From contig NC_134026.1 of the NCBI RefSeq assembly GCF_964204645.1, forward strand, positions 12,671,950-12,735,949: a stretch of DNA of 64,000 nucleotides, written 5' to 3'. The position numbers and the translations under genes were made by a program. Below are positions 40,669 to 51,132 of the stretch, one piece after another; the first letter of the stretch is position 1, and every line of letters begins with the position of its first letter. The notes beneath the pieces were generated by a model that was not told the origin of the DNA, ran no database searches, and was given only the letters and a program-made list of their open reading frames with translations. This DNA comes from Tubulanus polymorphus (lineage: Eukaryota > Animalia > Nemertea).

Positions 40669-40762
40669 TGTCACCCTGATATAATTTGCATATTTCATTA
40701 TCATATAGATCTACAATGTCATATCGAACAGTTCATAACATTTCATAGCTCTACTACATATT

Positions 40763-40805
<43 letters not shown>

Positions 40806-41187
40806 TAATATAACTTATGACTATAGTGTCAATATGTGCTTTAAGGTCGTAATCAACATGTGACATTACTCAACATGTTTTCACGATAATTAGCTATAGT
40901 CAGTGCTCATCGATAATTAATTAATGTCTCTCAAACATGTCGCTAGGTGTTTATTTGTGCGTCCTGATGTCTACAACTTGTCTGACACCTAGTTCTCACA
41001 TTATACTCATGATTCTGTATATAAAGACTATGTAAAGCTATGATAATCATTCTCATTCCGGGATGCAATAAAGATTGTACATATAAGGTTTAACTGCCTT
41101 GTTGTTCCTGATGGATGGAATCCTGTACCGCTGGTGTAAATGCTAGTTCCCCAGCCAGCCTGCCGATACAACAACCAGCCGGTTACA
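40669..41187 (+). repeat. Gypsy 3' LTR containing an (AAT)n microsatellite
   Basis: TG...CA ends with a 7-bp imperfect inverted repeat, preceded by a PPT; AATAAA near 41067; (AAT)n at about 40765-40812. Confidence 0.85.
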
Positions 41188-42196
41188 CTTTTTCTATTTT
41201 GTATTCTATTTCATCTGGATTTGGTACAAGTGATAATTCTTGTTCATAGAAATAACCTAATATTTCTTCATCTTTTAGATCTTCTAATTTATAAACAAAA
41301 GGTTTAGTTAATATTATCTTTTTAATCTTGAATATTTCTTCAGTAAAATTTGGGGTATAACCTTTGTAAAAGGTTTTTCTATATTTAGATATTCTAACGT
41401 GTTGTCCTATTTTAAATTTAGGTTCTCCGAAATCATGTGTAACAAATGCTCCATACAGATTATTCCAAACTATTTCCGAATTATCTTCTTTTCTAGCTTG
41501 TATAGGTTTCATATTTATAGAACTATGTTTAGAATTATTATAACCTTTCACTAAATCATCTAATACATCGATATATTTATATGTTTCATTAGCAGTAAAG
41601 TATTTCCACATTCTAGTTTTCAATGTTTTATTAAATCTTTCTATAATAGATGCTTTTTTATCTGAGTGTGTTGAAAAATAGTCTACATCGTTATCAGATA
41701 ATAGTTTTTTAAAATGTTTGTTATAAAATTCCTTACCTTCATCAAATTGTATCTTATCTGGAATAGCTTCTTTAAAGTTAGATTTAAAAGAATTTGTCAC
41801 TTCTATACCAGTTTTAGTTTTGATTGGAATTGACCAGGCGTATCGACTGAATATGTCTATAACATTTAATATCCAGAAATATCCTTTGTTGTATTCTTCT
41901 AAGTTCTTCATGTCAATTAAATCTGCTTGCCATTGTTGATCGATATATGAAACCATAACTTTTCTTGTTAAATAAGTTTTATCCATTTTCTTGTAGTTTT
42001 GATATGTTGGTTGATTTTGTAACCATGATTTCAATTCACTATATTTTATATTACCATGTGGGTGCCGTACGGCACCATTTTCATTATCAGATTTAATTTT
42101 ATTCCATAATTCTGAAACGTTAGAATATGATACTTCACTTGGATACTAATCATGGATTATTATTTGAATCAATATCAGATAAAGTCTGTGATTCAT
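41188..42196 (-). pseudogene. Polinton retroviral-like (rve) integrase, chromodomain cut off by the Gypsy LTR
   Basis: DDE motifs QWQADLIDM, IQFDEGKEF, IIERFNKTLK. The ORF ends at YKIEK|V* exactly at the LTR boundary. Confidence 0.92.
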
Positions 42197-42305
42197 TTAT
42201 ATCAGTTAATTTCTTTTCTTAGCTTTTTTTAATTCTGAAGATCTTTTACCTAATTCTCTTGCCCATTTAATTTGTTTCATGGATCTAGCCTTTTTCTTAA
42301 CGCTA

Positions 42306-42909
42306 TCACTCATTTATTTTAGTTAATTTTTGTTCTGATTCATTTTCTGTTTCGATGTTTGGTTGTAGTACATCTGTTTCGTTCTTACCTGATTTATATT
42401 CCATAGGCTTGATGTTCGAAAATGTTATGACACCAGTAGAAATTAATGTCATAACCGATCCTAATTGAAATGAAGCATAACCAACCCATCTTTGTAATTC
42501 AGTCATAACTAAGTAGTCATTTTTCAAATCACTATATAATTTATTTTCATCATCAATTGGTATTAACTGGTTACATAATTTTGAATAACATTTGACAATA
42601 CCATCTGAAATAGAATCATTTATTCTAGCTAATCTAGCTTCTTCATAAATCTTAAAATATTTTATTACTTTATCTGGTTTCATAGCATCTAATTCTTGAA
42701 AAGTAATAGTCTTAGTTAAAAACTCTCTACACTTTCCGCTAGCAATCAATAGTTCTAGATGATGCTTACAATATAAATAGTATTCCTAATCTATATTGTT
42801 CTTAACTTAAAATGGAATTAGAAACAACTGGATCCTTATTATCACTGATACCTAAATCATCTAATGTTTTTTCAATATCAATACTATTCTTACTCGATTT
42901 CTTTGACAT
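42306..42909 (-). pseudogene. Polinton hypothetical protein, 5' part disrupted
   Basis: ORF 42306-42749 plus an upstream TAAATG start at 42909 with stops in between. Confidence 0.55.
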
Positions 42910-44056
42910 TTATATTAGAGAAATTTAATAAGAAAAATATTATAAGTATTATAAAATGATACTAGATAGTTAAAATTAAAGAATTCTAGTATTGACTACT
43001 GATACTAGCTATTTGAATTTAAAGAATTTCTATTTGAATCTATTCAAAATATAAAGTATTCTCTTTTTGAAAAGAAAATATTAAAAATATAATAGAATTC
43101 ACTAGCTAGTTGAAGTTATTGTTTTTTAAATATTTTTTATTTAAAATAGGATTTAATATCTCACTACTATTGTTTATCTATAGGAGCAGTAATCATAAAT
43201 GTCCAGATAAGTCATTTCGGATTCTCGATAATAAATCCTAAAACTGAAAATAAATTCAAAGAAACGACTGGTGGAAATACTATTTCATAAACACACATAT
43301 ATTTCATTCTACAATCATTATCGATTTCCACATTCCAAGCCGCTCCACTCAGGCCCGGTAAGTTATGCGTGGAATGCAGGAATCAATAAAGTATAATACA
43401 ACATCTGTCACTGTGTGTCATTAACAACAGCTTAATGACGCAATTGAAATTCCGACAAACGTAATGCATTGAAAGCCTATACAGTATGGCAAACGACTAC
43501 AGTCTCATGAGTTGAAATATCCTTTATTTCTGATTCCACGTCCATCTATCTTCACTTTCTTGATTCAATGGTCTTCATTTTGTTATCTAAAAGATAAATA
43601 TCTAGCGTAGAATAAAACTAACTTGAAGTTGTAGTTGTAAAATATTAATTACAACACTTAAACATGACCATTTGTGGCGCATCTTACCAGGATAAGTTTT
43701 ACATGTTTAACGTTTCCCGACGCCTTAATAACAACAAAAACAGTACTTACATTTATAACTGTAAACTCCTAAAATTGTGTTTATAGAGAGGATATCCTAT
43801 TCGTTCCTATGCTTATGTGCTGCGCGTTTATAGCTGCCAGTTATTCACTAGCTAAACACTGTCTGTGCAACAGATGTTCCTTTGTAATGTAATTGATTAA
43901 TCCTTTTCAACTGAAATAGCACATTCGATCAATATTCAAATGAGGTACACCCTATTCAACTGAATATAACGTGCGACAGATGCTTTTGTAAACAACCTAA
44001 TACAATTACATACAGGTGGTTTGACATAGATCGAGAGTAACCGGTTTTCTAAGCGC

Positions 44057-44710
44057 TTAAGCTTCAACGTATTTTTCATTATGTGTTGAGTTCCATAATT
44101 CAACAAATGTCTTTGCTTTATCCAGTTGATCTAAATATAACTGTAAATCTAGTTTATTAGATTTAATTATGTTTTCCTTCTTTTCTAAAGGCCTTAAATT
44201 TTTCCAACTCCAAATAAGTTTTTTATTGTATTCATCATTCATGTTAAATTTAGATATTGGTACCACATGATCAATATGGTAATAATCCCCATAATTATCT
44301 ATATTCATTTTATCATCGAATTGATATATTATCCATGATATGAAAAATTCATCTGAACAACCCAATAAATTAGATAGTGTTTCTGAATGTGTTTCTTTGT
44401 TGAATAATTGTGTTAATCTAGATCTTAAGCATTGTTTCAATCTAAAATTAAGATCTGTTTGATATCTTTCTCTCATATATTCTGTCATATAATCATTATA
44501 AGCCTCTCTATTATCTTCTCTGTATTGTTTGGTATATAGTTTAAAACAAGTTTTACAGCAATATTGAAAACCATCTTTGCTAATCTTACGCTTACTAAAT
44601 TCTGTTAAAGCTAATTTATCTAATTCACATTTAGAACACTTCTTGTAATATATATTTATAACACCAGTGTTATTTGTAATATTTATAGTTTGTGGTTGTT
44701 CTGGTTCCAT
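44057..44710 (-). CDS. HNH endonuclease with N-terminal zinc ribbon (CxxC...CxxC), apparently intact
   Basis: KKCSKC, CCKTC, YHIDHVVPIS, WKNLRPL..KENIIKSNK. Confidence 0.85.
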   Translation of the reverse strand: MEPEQPQTINITNNTGVINIYYKKCSKCELDKLALTEFSKRKISKDGFQYCCKTCFKLYTKQYREDNREAYNDYMTEYMRERYQTDLNFRLKQCLRSRLTQLFNKETHSETLSNLLGCSDEFFISWIIYQFDDKMNIDNYGDYYHIDHVVPISKFNMNDEYNKKLIWSWKNLRPLEKKENIIKSNKLDLQLYLDQLDKAKTFVELWNSTHNEKYVEA

Positions 44711-44727
44711 TTATTATACATATTTTT

Positions 44728-45669
44728 TTATACTAAAATGATTTTAGTAAAAAATATACCTATATTTAAAATATACCTATGTATTAGATACCCAGGATTA
44801 TAATAATTATCAACATTTATTGCGCCATTAGTATATGTTGCAATGGTAAAAAATATTAATATACCTTTAATAGATCTTCTTGGGAAGTTAATATTCTCAT
44901 TAATTATTTCATCATTTGCATTAATAGTTACAGTTTTAAATTTATCAATATAATCATATAATAATGAAAATCCTTGATTGTATTGAGTTTGAATTATACT
45001 TGAAATATTTTCATCAGTTACTGTATCATATTCTAAACATATATTCGATAATTTATAACTCATATCTTTATTAACGCTAGATATTACAATTTCATTAACA
45101 GGAGCAAATGTTATTTCGAATATAACATCTTCTTGAATTGCGTATTTATATAAAGGTGCATTATTATTTATCAATTCAAAGTCTAATGGAATTTTATATT
45201 TGCTTCCATATATACTTTTTATCAATTTATCTATAGAATTAGTTAATATTGCATTATGTGCTTCTGATCTTAATTTATTTTGGTTTTCTGATTGGATGCC
45301 TTGAAATATCATATTATTTCTATTTTCTTCAGTTAACCATAAATCTTTATAATGCATAAATAAATTATAATCATCTAATGAGAAAACTGTTTCTGGACCA
45401 ATCTTTATTGTTAATTTTTTAATCAAATATCTTCCAACATTATCAACAACATAATTATTATTATAACCGATTACTTTTATATCGGCTGATAAATAAATAC
45501 TATTTGGAACATAAAAAGTATTTTGTGTTAATCGAGGAATTCTAACATATAAAGTTTCATCGGGATTAATATTAGAAGGGTTATGAGTAATTATATGATG
45601 TGATCTTTCTGCTTTAATAGCATTAGATATTCTATGATTCTTAGAAGGATTGATATAACTCCCACTCAT
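44728..45669 (-). pseudogene. Major capsid protein (double jelly-roll), C-terminally truncated
   Basis: THNPSNINPDETLYVRIP, DNVGRYLIKKL, YKIPLDF, YKLSNICLEYD and NINFPRRSIKGILI resemble Polinton MCPs (recognised by eye). Similarity seems to end after YYNP. Confidence 0.75.
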
Positions 45670-45699
45670 TTATTCAACAAAAAAATTAATTATTTATTT

Positions 45700-47147
45700 T
45701 TTATCATGTTTACTAACCCAAAAATAATAGCACTTACAACTGTAATTTAAAATAAAATAATATGTTCAGCAGCAAAGTTAATAATGTTTCCTGCAGATTT
45801 CAATATAAAACCAACAATTGATGCAATAACTGCTGGCAATGCTGCAGCAGATTTTTTAGATAGTTCCCATGAATATTTTGCTAATTTCTTTAAACCATCC
45901 TTAACTTTATCTTGTATAGAATTATTATCATTCGGGGGATTATCTGGTTTATTTGGAGTAGGAGTAGATTTCAGTGAATTTGATATAGCTAAACCTATTG
46001 TTGTAAATAACATAGTTACAGCTGTTAGAATTGAAAGAATTGTTATTCCTTCTAATTTGAATAACAATTTTATTCTATCTTTTAATGATATTTTAGAATC
46101 TGGTTTTATCAACAAATCTTTAAAAATAACTTTTAATCTATTAATATTAAAATCATATGATTTCAATAATGATTTAATTTCTTCTTTTTGTACTTCTAAA
46201 TTATCTTTTAAATTATTAATTTCTTTTTCTAAACGTAATTCTTTTTTCCTATATTCTATTTCATCAATTACTTGACGATCAAGATCAGACTTTAATTGTT
46301 CTATTTCTTTATTTTTATCAGTTAATTCTTTTTCTAAATTTCTAATTTCAATATCTCTTATACTTTTATCATGCGCAATTTTATCAGATGCATGTCTTAT
46401 ACTTTCAATTTCTCTAATTACATCAACAGAAAATATATTATTTAAATCTTCTAATTCTTGATCTGTTGCATCAAGTAATCCATTTGGTAAAAGTTTTTCA
46501 GTTTGAACTTCTCTTGAATTAGGTTTACTAGTTTTGGAATTAATAACTTCTTTAGGAATTTTTTTGGTCTTAAATTTTCATTAATTATCTTCAAAAAATA
46601 ATCATTTCTTTTTTTAAATTCTCTTATATTATCATCTCTTTCTTCTTGTGTAACATCAGTTATAACATCATTAATGATTTTCTTAATTCTATCTGGTTTT
46701 AATAAATTAAAAGTTGATTGTTTTATTATTTTATCGTTACTTTTAAGATTTGAAATCTTAAAATAATAGTCATCTTTCAAATGCCAATAATAATCACCAT
46801 TTGAATATTTTAAACCTTCTACTAAATAATCCATACCTTTATTTGTTATATTGAAACCAGATCTTTTTAACATTGGTTTAAAATCGTCTTTTAAATTTTC
46901 ATACTTTAATTTTTTTTTCTAATTCTGGTACTTCATTTTGAATATATATTCTCGATTTAGCTCCTCTAATATATTCATCTGTTGATGGGGCTTTAGAACC
47001 AGGAACAACTTCTGGTAAATTAGTATTATATTCTATTTTATTATCATTACTAAAACTTGGTTCACTAAAATCAGGTGGTTGTTCATCACTTATACCAGGT
47101 TCATCTAAAGGACCCAATGGAAAATCTTCTACACCTTCTACATCCAT
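45700..47147 (-). pseudogene. Frameshifted coiled-coil protein with C-terminal hydrophobic helices
   Basis: ORF pieces 46899-47147, 46451-46873 and 45747-46166, with a single promoter-like motif at 47147. Confidence 0.55.
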
Positions 47148-47162
47148 TTACATAATAAAAAA

Positions 47163-48482
47163 TTAAAATTTAAAATATAATATTCCTCCGATTACAATTC
47201 CTATAAAAGTTATAGCTAATTTAGTATTTTCCTGGGATTTATTATCATCATTTAGTTTAATTATATCATGTTGAATAATATCAGCTTTTATATCTTCTGA
47301 TGTATTGTAATCTTTTATTTTAGAATCATTATTTAATTTAATATTATTAGTTTTAGTTTCGGTTGATTGAATGTGTTTTTTATTTTTTTCACCTTCCATT
47401 AATTTTGGAGCAGTAATAATCTTTTTATTTATATCATTTAATCCAAATGAATTATTTATTGTTGCAGTTTTAATTAGATTATTATAACCAATTATGCTTC
47501 CCATCTTTAATACTAAATCAATAGAAATAATTAATAGATTAGGGCCTATACAATAATTTAATCTAATATGTGATTTATCTAAATAATTTTGATATCTTAC
47601 AATGTTTTCTGGAATCGATCTATTTTTATCATAATGAATTGAATCTTCAAATAATACTTTGAATTGTTTCTGCGCATCGAATGAAGTGTTATCATTTCCA
47701 ATTATTGGGGATCTTGTTTCAACTTACGCACCTAAAGTACATATCAAATAAGTTCTAATAGATTGATTTATTCTTTGTATACCAGCTTTAGTAAAACCTT
47801 CACTATTTTCTAAAATGAAATTAACCCAACCATTATTATTTTGTTGTTGTATATTATTTTAATATTTTGGTAATTCATTCCAATTTAGTGTTCTTATATC
47901 TGAATTTGTCATTATTTTTCCAAATTCTTTAGTATATAATATTCCTAATCCACCCATTGTTCCAATTTTTGCTCTAAAATCTTTATTTGAATTAATATTA
48001 AATTCATTACATATTTTATAAAACTTAGAAAAATTAATATTATTATTCAATTCTTTAAAATATTTTGAACCTGGTAAAGGACATTCTATTTCATCTAATA
48101 TTAATTTTATTTGAAAATAAGTATGAAATCTAAAAAGTGATAACATCAATGGTAAACTTGGTTTATTCAAATGATCATTCCAACTAATTCCACATCCTGT
48201 TGTTGCGCAATAAACAGCAAAATTTAATTGGTTCTGCCAATACTTCATATTAGATTTTAATAACCATTGTTTTGCCTCATTTAAATTTTTAAAATTAATT
48301 GTATACACATGAAATATATTTTCCATCTTTACATGAAAATTATTACTTTCAGTAACATAAATATATAAATCAATTAATGAATTTAAAACTTCATTTCTAT
48401 ATGTAATATCCCTATTAAAATCTATTGTTGGAATATTATATTTAATTGATTTATTATATTGGGAAGCTTTTGGAAACCCCAT
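47163..48482 (-). pseudogene. Polinton conserved protein (WQNQLNFAVYCATTGCGIS) with C-terminal TM helix, broken by stops
   Basis: ORFs 47859-48482 and 47163-47504 with coding-like sequence between them. Confidence 0.6.
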
Positions 48483-48545
48483 TTATATAATTAAAAAATT
48501 AATAATTAACTAATTCTTTTAATAATTTATCTTGTTCTTCAACTG

Positions 48546-48914
48546 TTATATGACCATTATATAATCTAGTGTATTCTTTAATTTATTAATTTCTTTTATA
48601 TTAGTTTTCATTTTTTCTTTATTACTTTTTATATTTAATTTTGAACTTATACCAGTTAAAACACTTGAACTTAATCCTAGTACGCCAATTGATATAGCTA
48701 AAGGTGTTAATGGACTGAATATTGCTAGAAATGTTATTACAGAACTAATTGTAACCGAACCACTTATGATCAAATAATATATAATTTTACTTTTTAAATA
48801 TTTTTTCTTTTTTATCTTTAAGTCACTTTCAAATTCTAATATTTGTTTTTCTAAATATATTTTTAATTTAGTTTTATTTATATCATGAGGAATAATATCA
48901 ATATTATCATCCAT
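48546..48914 (-). CDS. Small two-TM-helix membrane protein
   Basis: Two hydrophobic stretches flanked by Lys-rich coiled coil; TAAATG start. Confidence 0.6.
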   Translation of the reverse strand: MDDNIDIIPHDINKTKLKIYLEKQILEFESDLKIKKKKYLKSKIIYYLIISGSVTISSVITFLAIFSPLTPLAISIGVLGLSSSVLTGISSKLNIKSNKEKMKTNIKEINKLKNTLDYIMVI

Positions 48915-48933
48915 TTATTTAGCAAAAAAATTA

Positions 48934-49354
48934 CTAATTAGTAAACTTATAATCAACAAATATAACAATAACAGTTCCGCCTAAAATCCAAATTATTTCA
49001 TATTTCTTCTGTTCATTACTTGGGGTATAATAATCTGATAATTTAGGTTTACATAGATGTAATTTTTTTTTATTTGTTACTGCGTTATATAAACTCATTG
49101 CATCATCAACTGATTGAAAATCTATGTGAAATCTTCTGATCATATAATTCCTTGTTAATATAATCCATATAGTTTTGTCTCTTTTCTCTATATTCTTCTG
49201 CTGCTTTATTGTATTTCTCTAATGCTAAGTTATGTCTTTTTTGTTCTGTTAATGATCCATTTTTATCAATATGTTTAAATAAATAACCGCCACCAGTAAA
49301 TGCTAAAGCGTTAACAATTGCCGATCCTATAATAGTTATAACTGCAGAAGCCAT
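48934..49354 (-). pseudogene. Small membrane/coiled-coil protein, frameshifted
   Basis: MASAVITIIGSAIVNALAFTGGGYLF...EQKRHNLALEK, continuing in ORF 48934-49143 to a C-terminal TM helix. Confidence 0.6.
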
Positions 49355-49378
49355 TTATTTAGTAAAATAATTATGCAT

Positions 49379-49600
49379 TTATATGGGAGGAATATATTTT
49401 TGTTTTTCTAAATAATCAATAGTTAAATTAGATAAAGTAACTGCTAATGTTAATTTTAAAATATCATTGATATCAAATCTATCAACATTAACACTTCCCA
49501 TTTTAAATACTTTTTTTAATACCATTGAATAACCAACAGTTCCAACTGATAGTAATGCTCCATTATATAATCCAGTTATTATCCACTTATTATCACTCAT
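49379..49600 (-). CDS. 73-aa hydrophobic Polinton protein
   Basis: Complete ORF with two hydrophobic helices and the shared upstream motif. Confidence 0.65.
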   Translation of the reverse strand: MSDNKWIITGLYNGALLSVGTVGYSMVLKKVFKMGSVNVDRFDINDILKLTLAVTLSNLTIDYLEKQKYIPPI

Positions 49601-49957
49601 TTATTTATCAAAAAAATTACTATCATCAAAATATTTAGTTATCTGATTTATGATTAATTCAACATTTATTTCATTACTAGTTTCATTTGTATATATTTCA
49701 ATTATTATTTTTTTAATATCATCGATGATAAAATCTTCATCTAATTCATAAAATCTTAAAGATTCTGTAATTAAATTAGTAATCTTTTCTACATTTAAAG
49801 TTTCTTTATCTATTGTTGTTTCATACTCAAATGTTGTTTCATTAGAAAATGTTATATTTTTGATATGTGTAATTACATCATTAACGTTAAATTTCATTTC
49901 TTTCTCACGTTTAAAATCAAATCCAAAACATATGCTCGGCCCAACAGTTATATTCAT
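49601..49957 (-). CDS. Acidic hypothetical Polinton protein (118 aa)
   Basis: Complete ORF; its stop abuts the next ATG; shared upstream motif. Confidence 0.6.
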   Translation of the reverse strand: MNITVGPSICFGFDFKREKEMKFNVNDVITHIKNITFSNETTFEYETTIDKETLNVEKITNLITESLRFYELDEDFIIDDIKKIIIEIYTNETSNEINVELIINQITKYFDDSNFFDK

Positions 49958-49973
49958 TTATATAATGAAAAAA

Positions 49974-50732
49974 TTACTCTCTACATCTTATAACTAATTC
50001 ATAAATTACAGGAAAGTTATTCAAATCAATTAAATATCCATTGTGATTTCTTATTTCTAATTTAAAATTATTAAATTGAGGAATACAGGGTTTAAAAACA
50101 CATTCTGTTAAATTATAATTTATTTGAGTTCCAAATTGTTTAACATTTTTTAGCGGTAAAATATTTAGTATACTAGAACTACAAATTGTTTCTTTAGTTG
50201 CTTCGAAAGTTTTTGTAGGCTCGATTAAATTGCAATAGATATAAAAGTGTGTAAAAGGTATTATATTTGAATTACCATCTACGTTTCCTGTAACGGTATC
50301 TGGTACAATTCCTAACAGTTTAGCTATAGGTTTTTTTACCATAAATGCATGTTGACTTTCATCTTATACCTTTATTTTAATTTTATTTGTGCTATCACTT
50401 TTTATAAATCTAATTAAAAATTTATCATCTCTTCTAATTTTCAACCGTGCTCTACGATTAATTTCTTGAGCTAATGTTTCTAAATTATATAATCCTGGTT
50501 TTAAAATTAGATGAAACCATTTATCTACATTTCTAATATGAAATAAAACAGTATTATCTTCAATAGTTTTATCCGATATATTATAAAAAGAATAACATAA
50601 ACTTATATTAACTAATTTTAAATCTACACAATTCTTAAATTCTCTATCTAATTGTACTAGTAAATTATGAGATTTATAATTTGTAAGTCTTCTAGAATCA
50701 ACAAATATTCTGTATTCTTTTAATTCTACCAT
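49974..50732 (-). pseudogene. Minor capsid protein (penton, single jelly-roll) with one in-frame stop
   Basis: IFVDSR, SFYNIS, KPGLYN, YIYCNLI, LEIRNHNGYLIDLN..P. The two ORFs are in frame across the TAA at 50364-50366. Confidence 0.75.
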
Positions 50733-50749
50733 TTATTTTACATATTTTC

Positions 50750-51103
50750 TTATTCGAAATCTATTTCATGGTGCCCCTTTTCATTCTTACCTTTGTATAC
50801 GAAATAGAAATCTCCAGAACATAATTCTTCTAGATCTTCACTTGATAATCTATGAAATCTATCTGGTAAATATGTTCTGAATTTATATGTATTTCCTTTT
50901 AATCCTTCATATTCTAAGTGTATAACTAATTTATCTCCATATTTGTTAGTAACTGTATCAATATTTGTAATTAGATATTTCTTATGGATTATTAATTCTT
51001 TTAACTTCTTAAATTTATAATCTACTGATTTGACATTTGAAGTATCTTTTATTCTATCTAGAAATGATTTGTTGTTCTCACTGTGTGTTTGTTTACTCTC
51101 CAT
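50750..51103 (-). CDS. Hypothetical 117-aa Polinton protein (beta-rich, TNKYG motif)
   Basis: Complete ORF directly downstream of pPolB. Confidence 0.6.
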   Translation of the reverse strand: MESKQTHSENNKSFLDRIKDTSNVKSVDYKFKKLKELIIHKKYLITNIDTVTNKYGDKLVIHLEYEGLKGNTYKFRTYLPDRFHRLSSEDLEELCSGDFYFVYKGKNEKGHHEIDFE

Positions 51104-51132
51104 TTTAATAACATATTTTTATTAAAATTTGA

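Larger units (their letters stand above)
35430..41187 (+). mobile_element. 5'-truncated Ty3/Gypsy element (pol and 3' LTR) inserted in the Polinton integrase
   Basis: Protease ALVDAGAS, RT/RNase H ORF 35782-39273, purine-rich PPT ggacaagggg before the LTR TGTCACC...GGTTACA at 40669-41187. Confidence 0.92.

Noticed and set aside
45784-46275. Plus-strand ORFs opposite Polinton or Gypsy genes (also 26500, 26782, 28107, 51606, 62291, 63653)
   Set aside because: Antisense shadows with no recognisable motifs.
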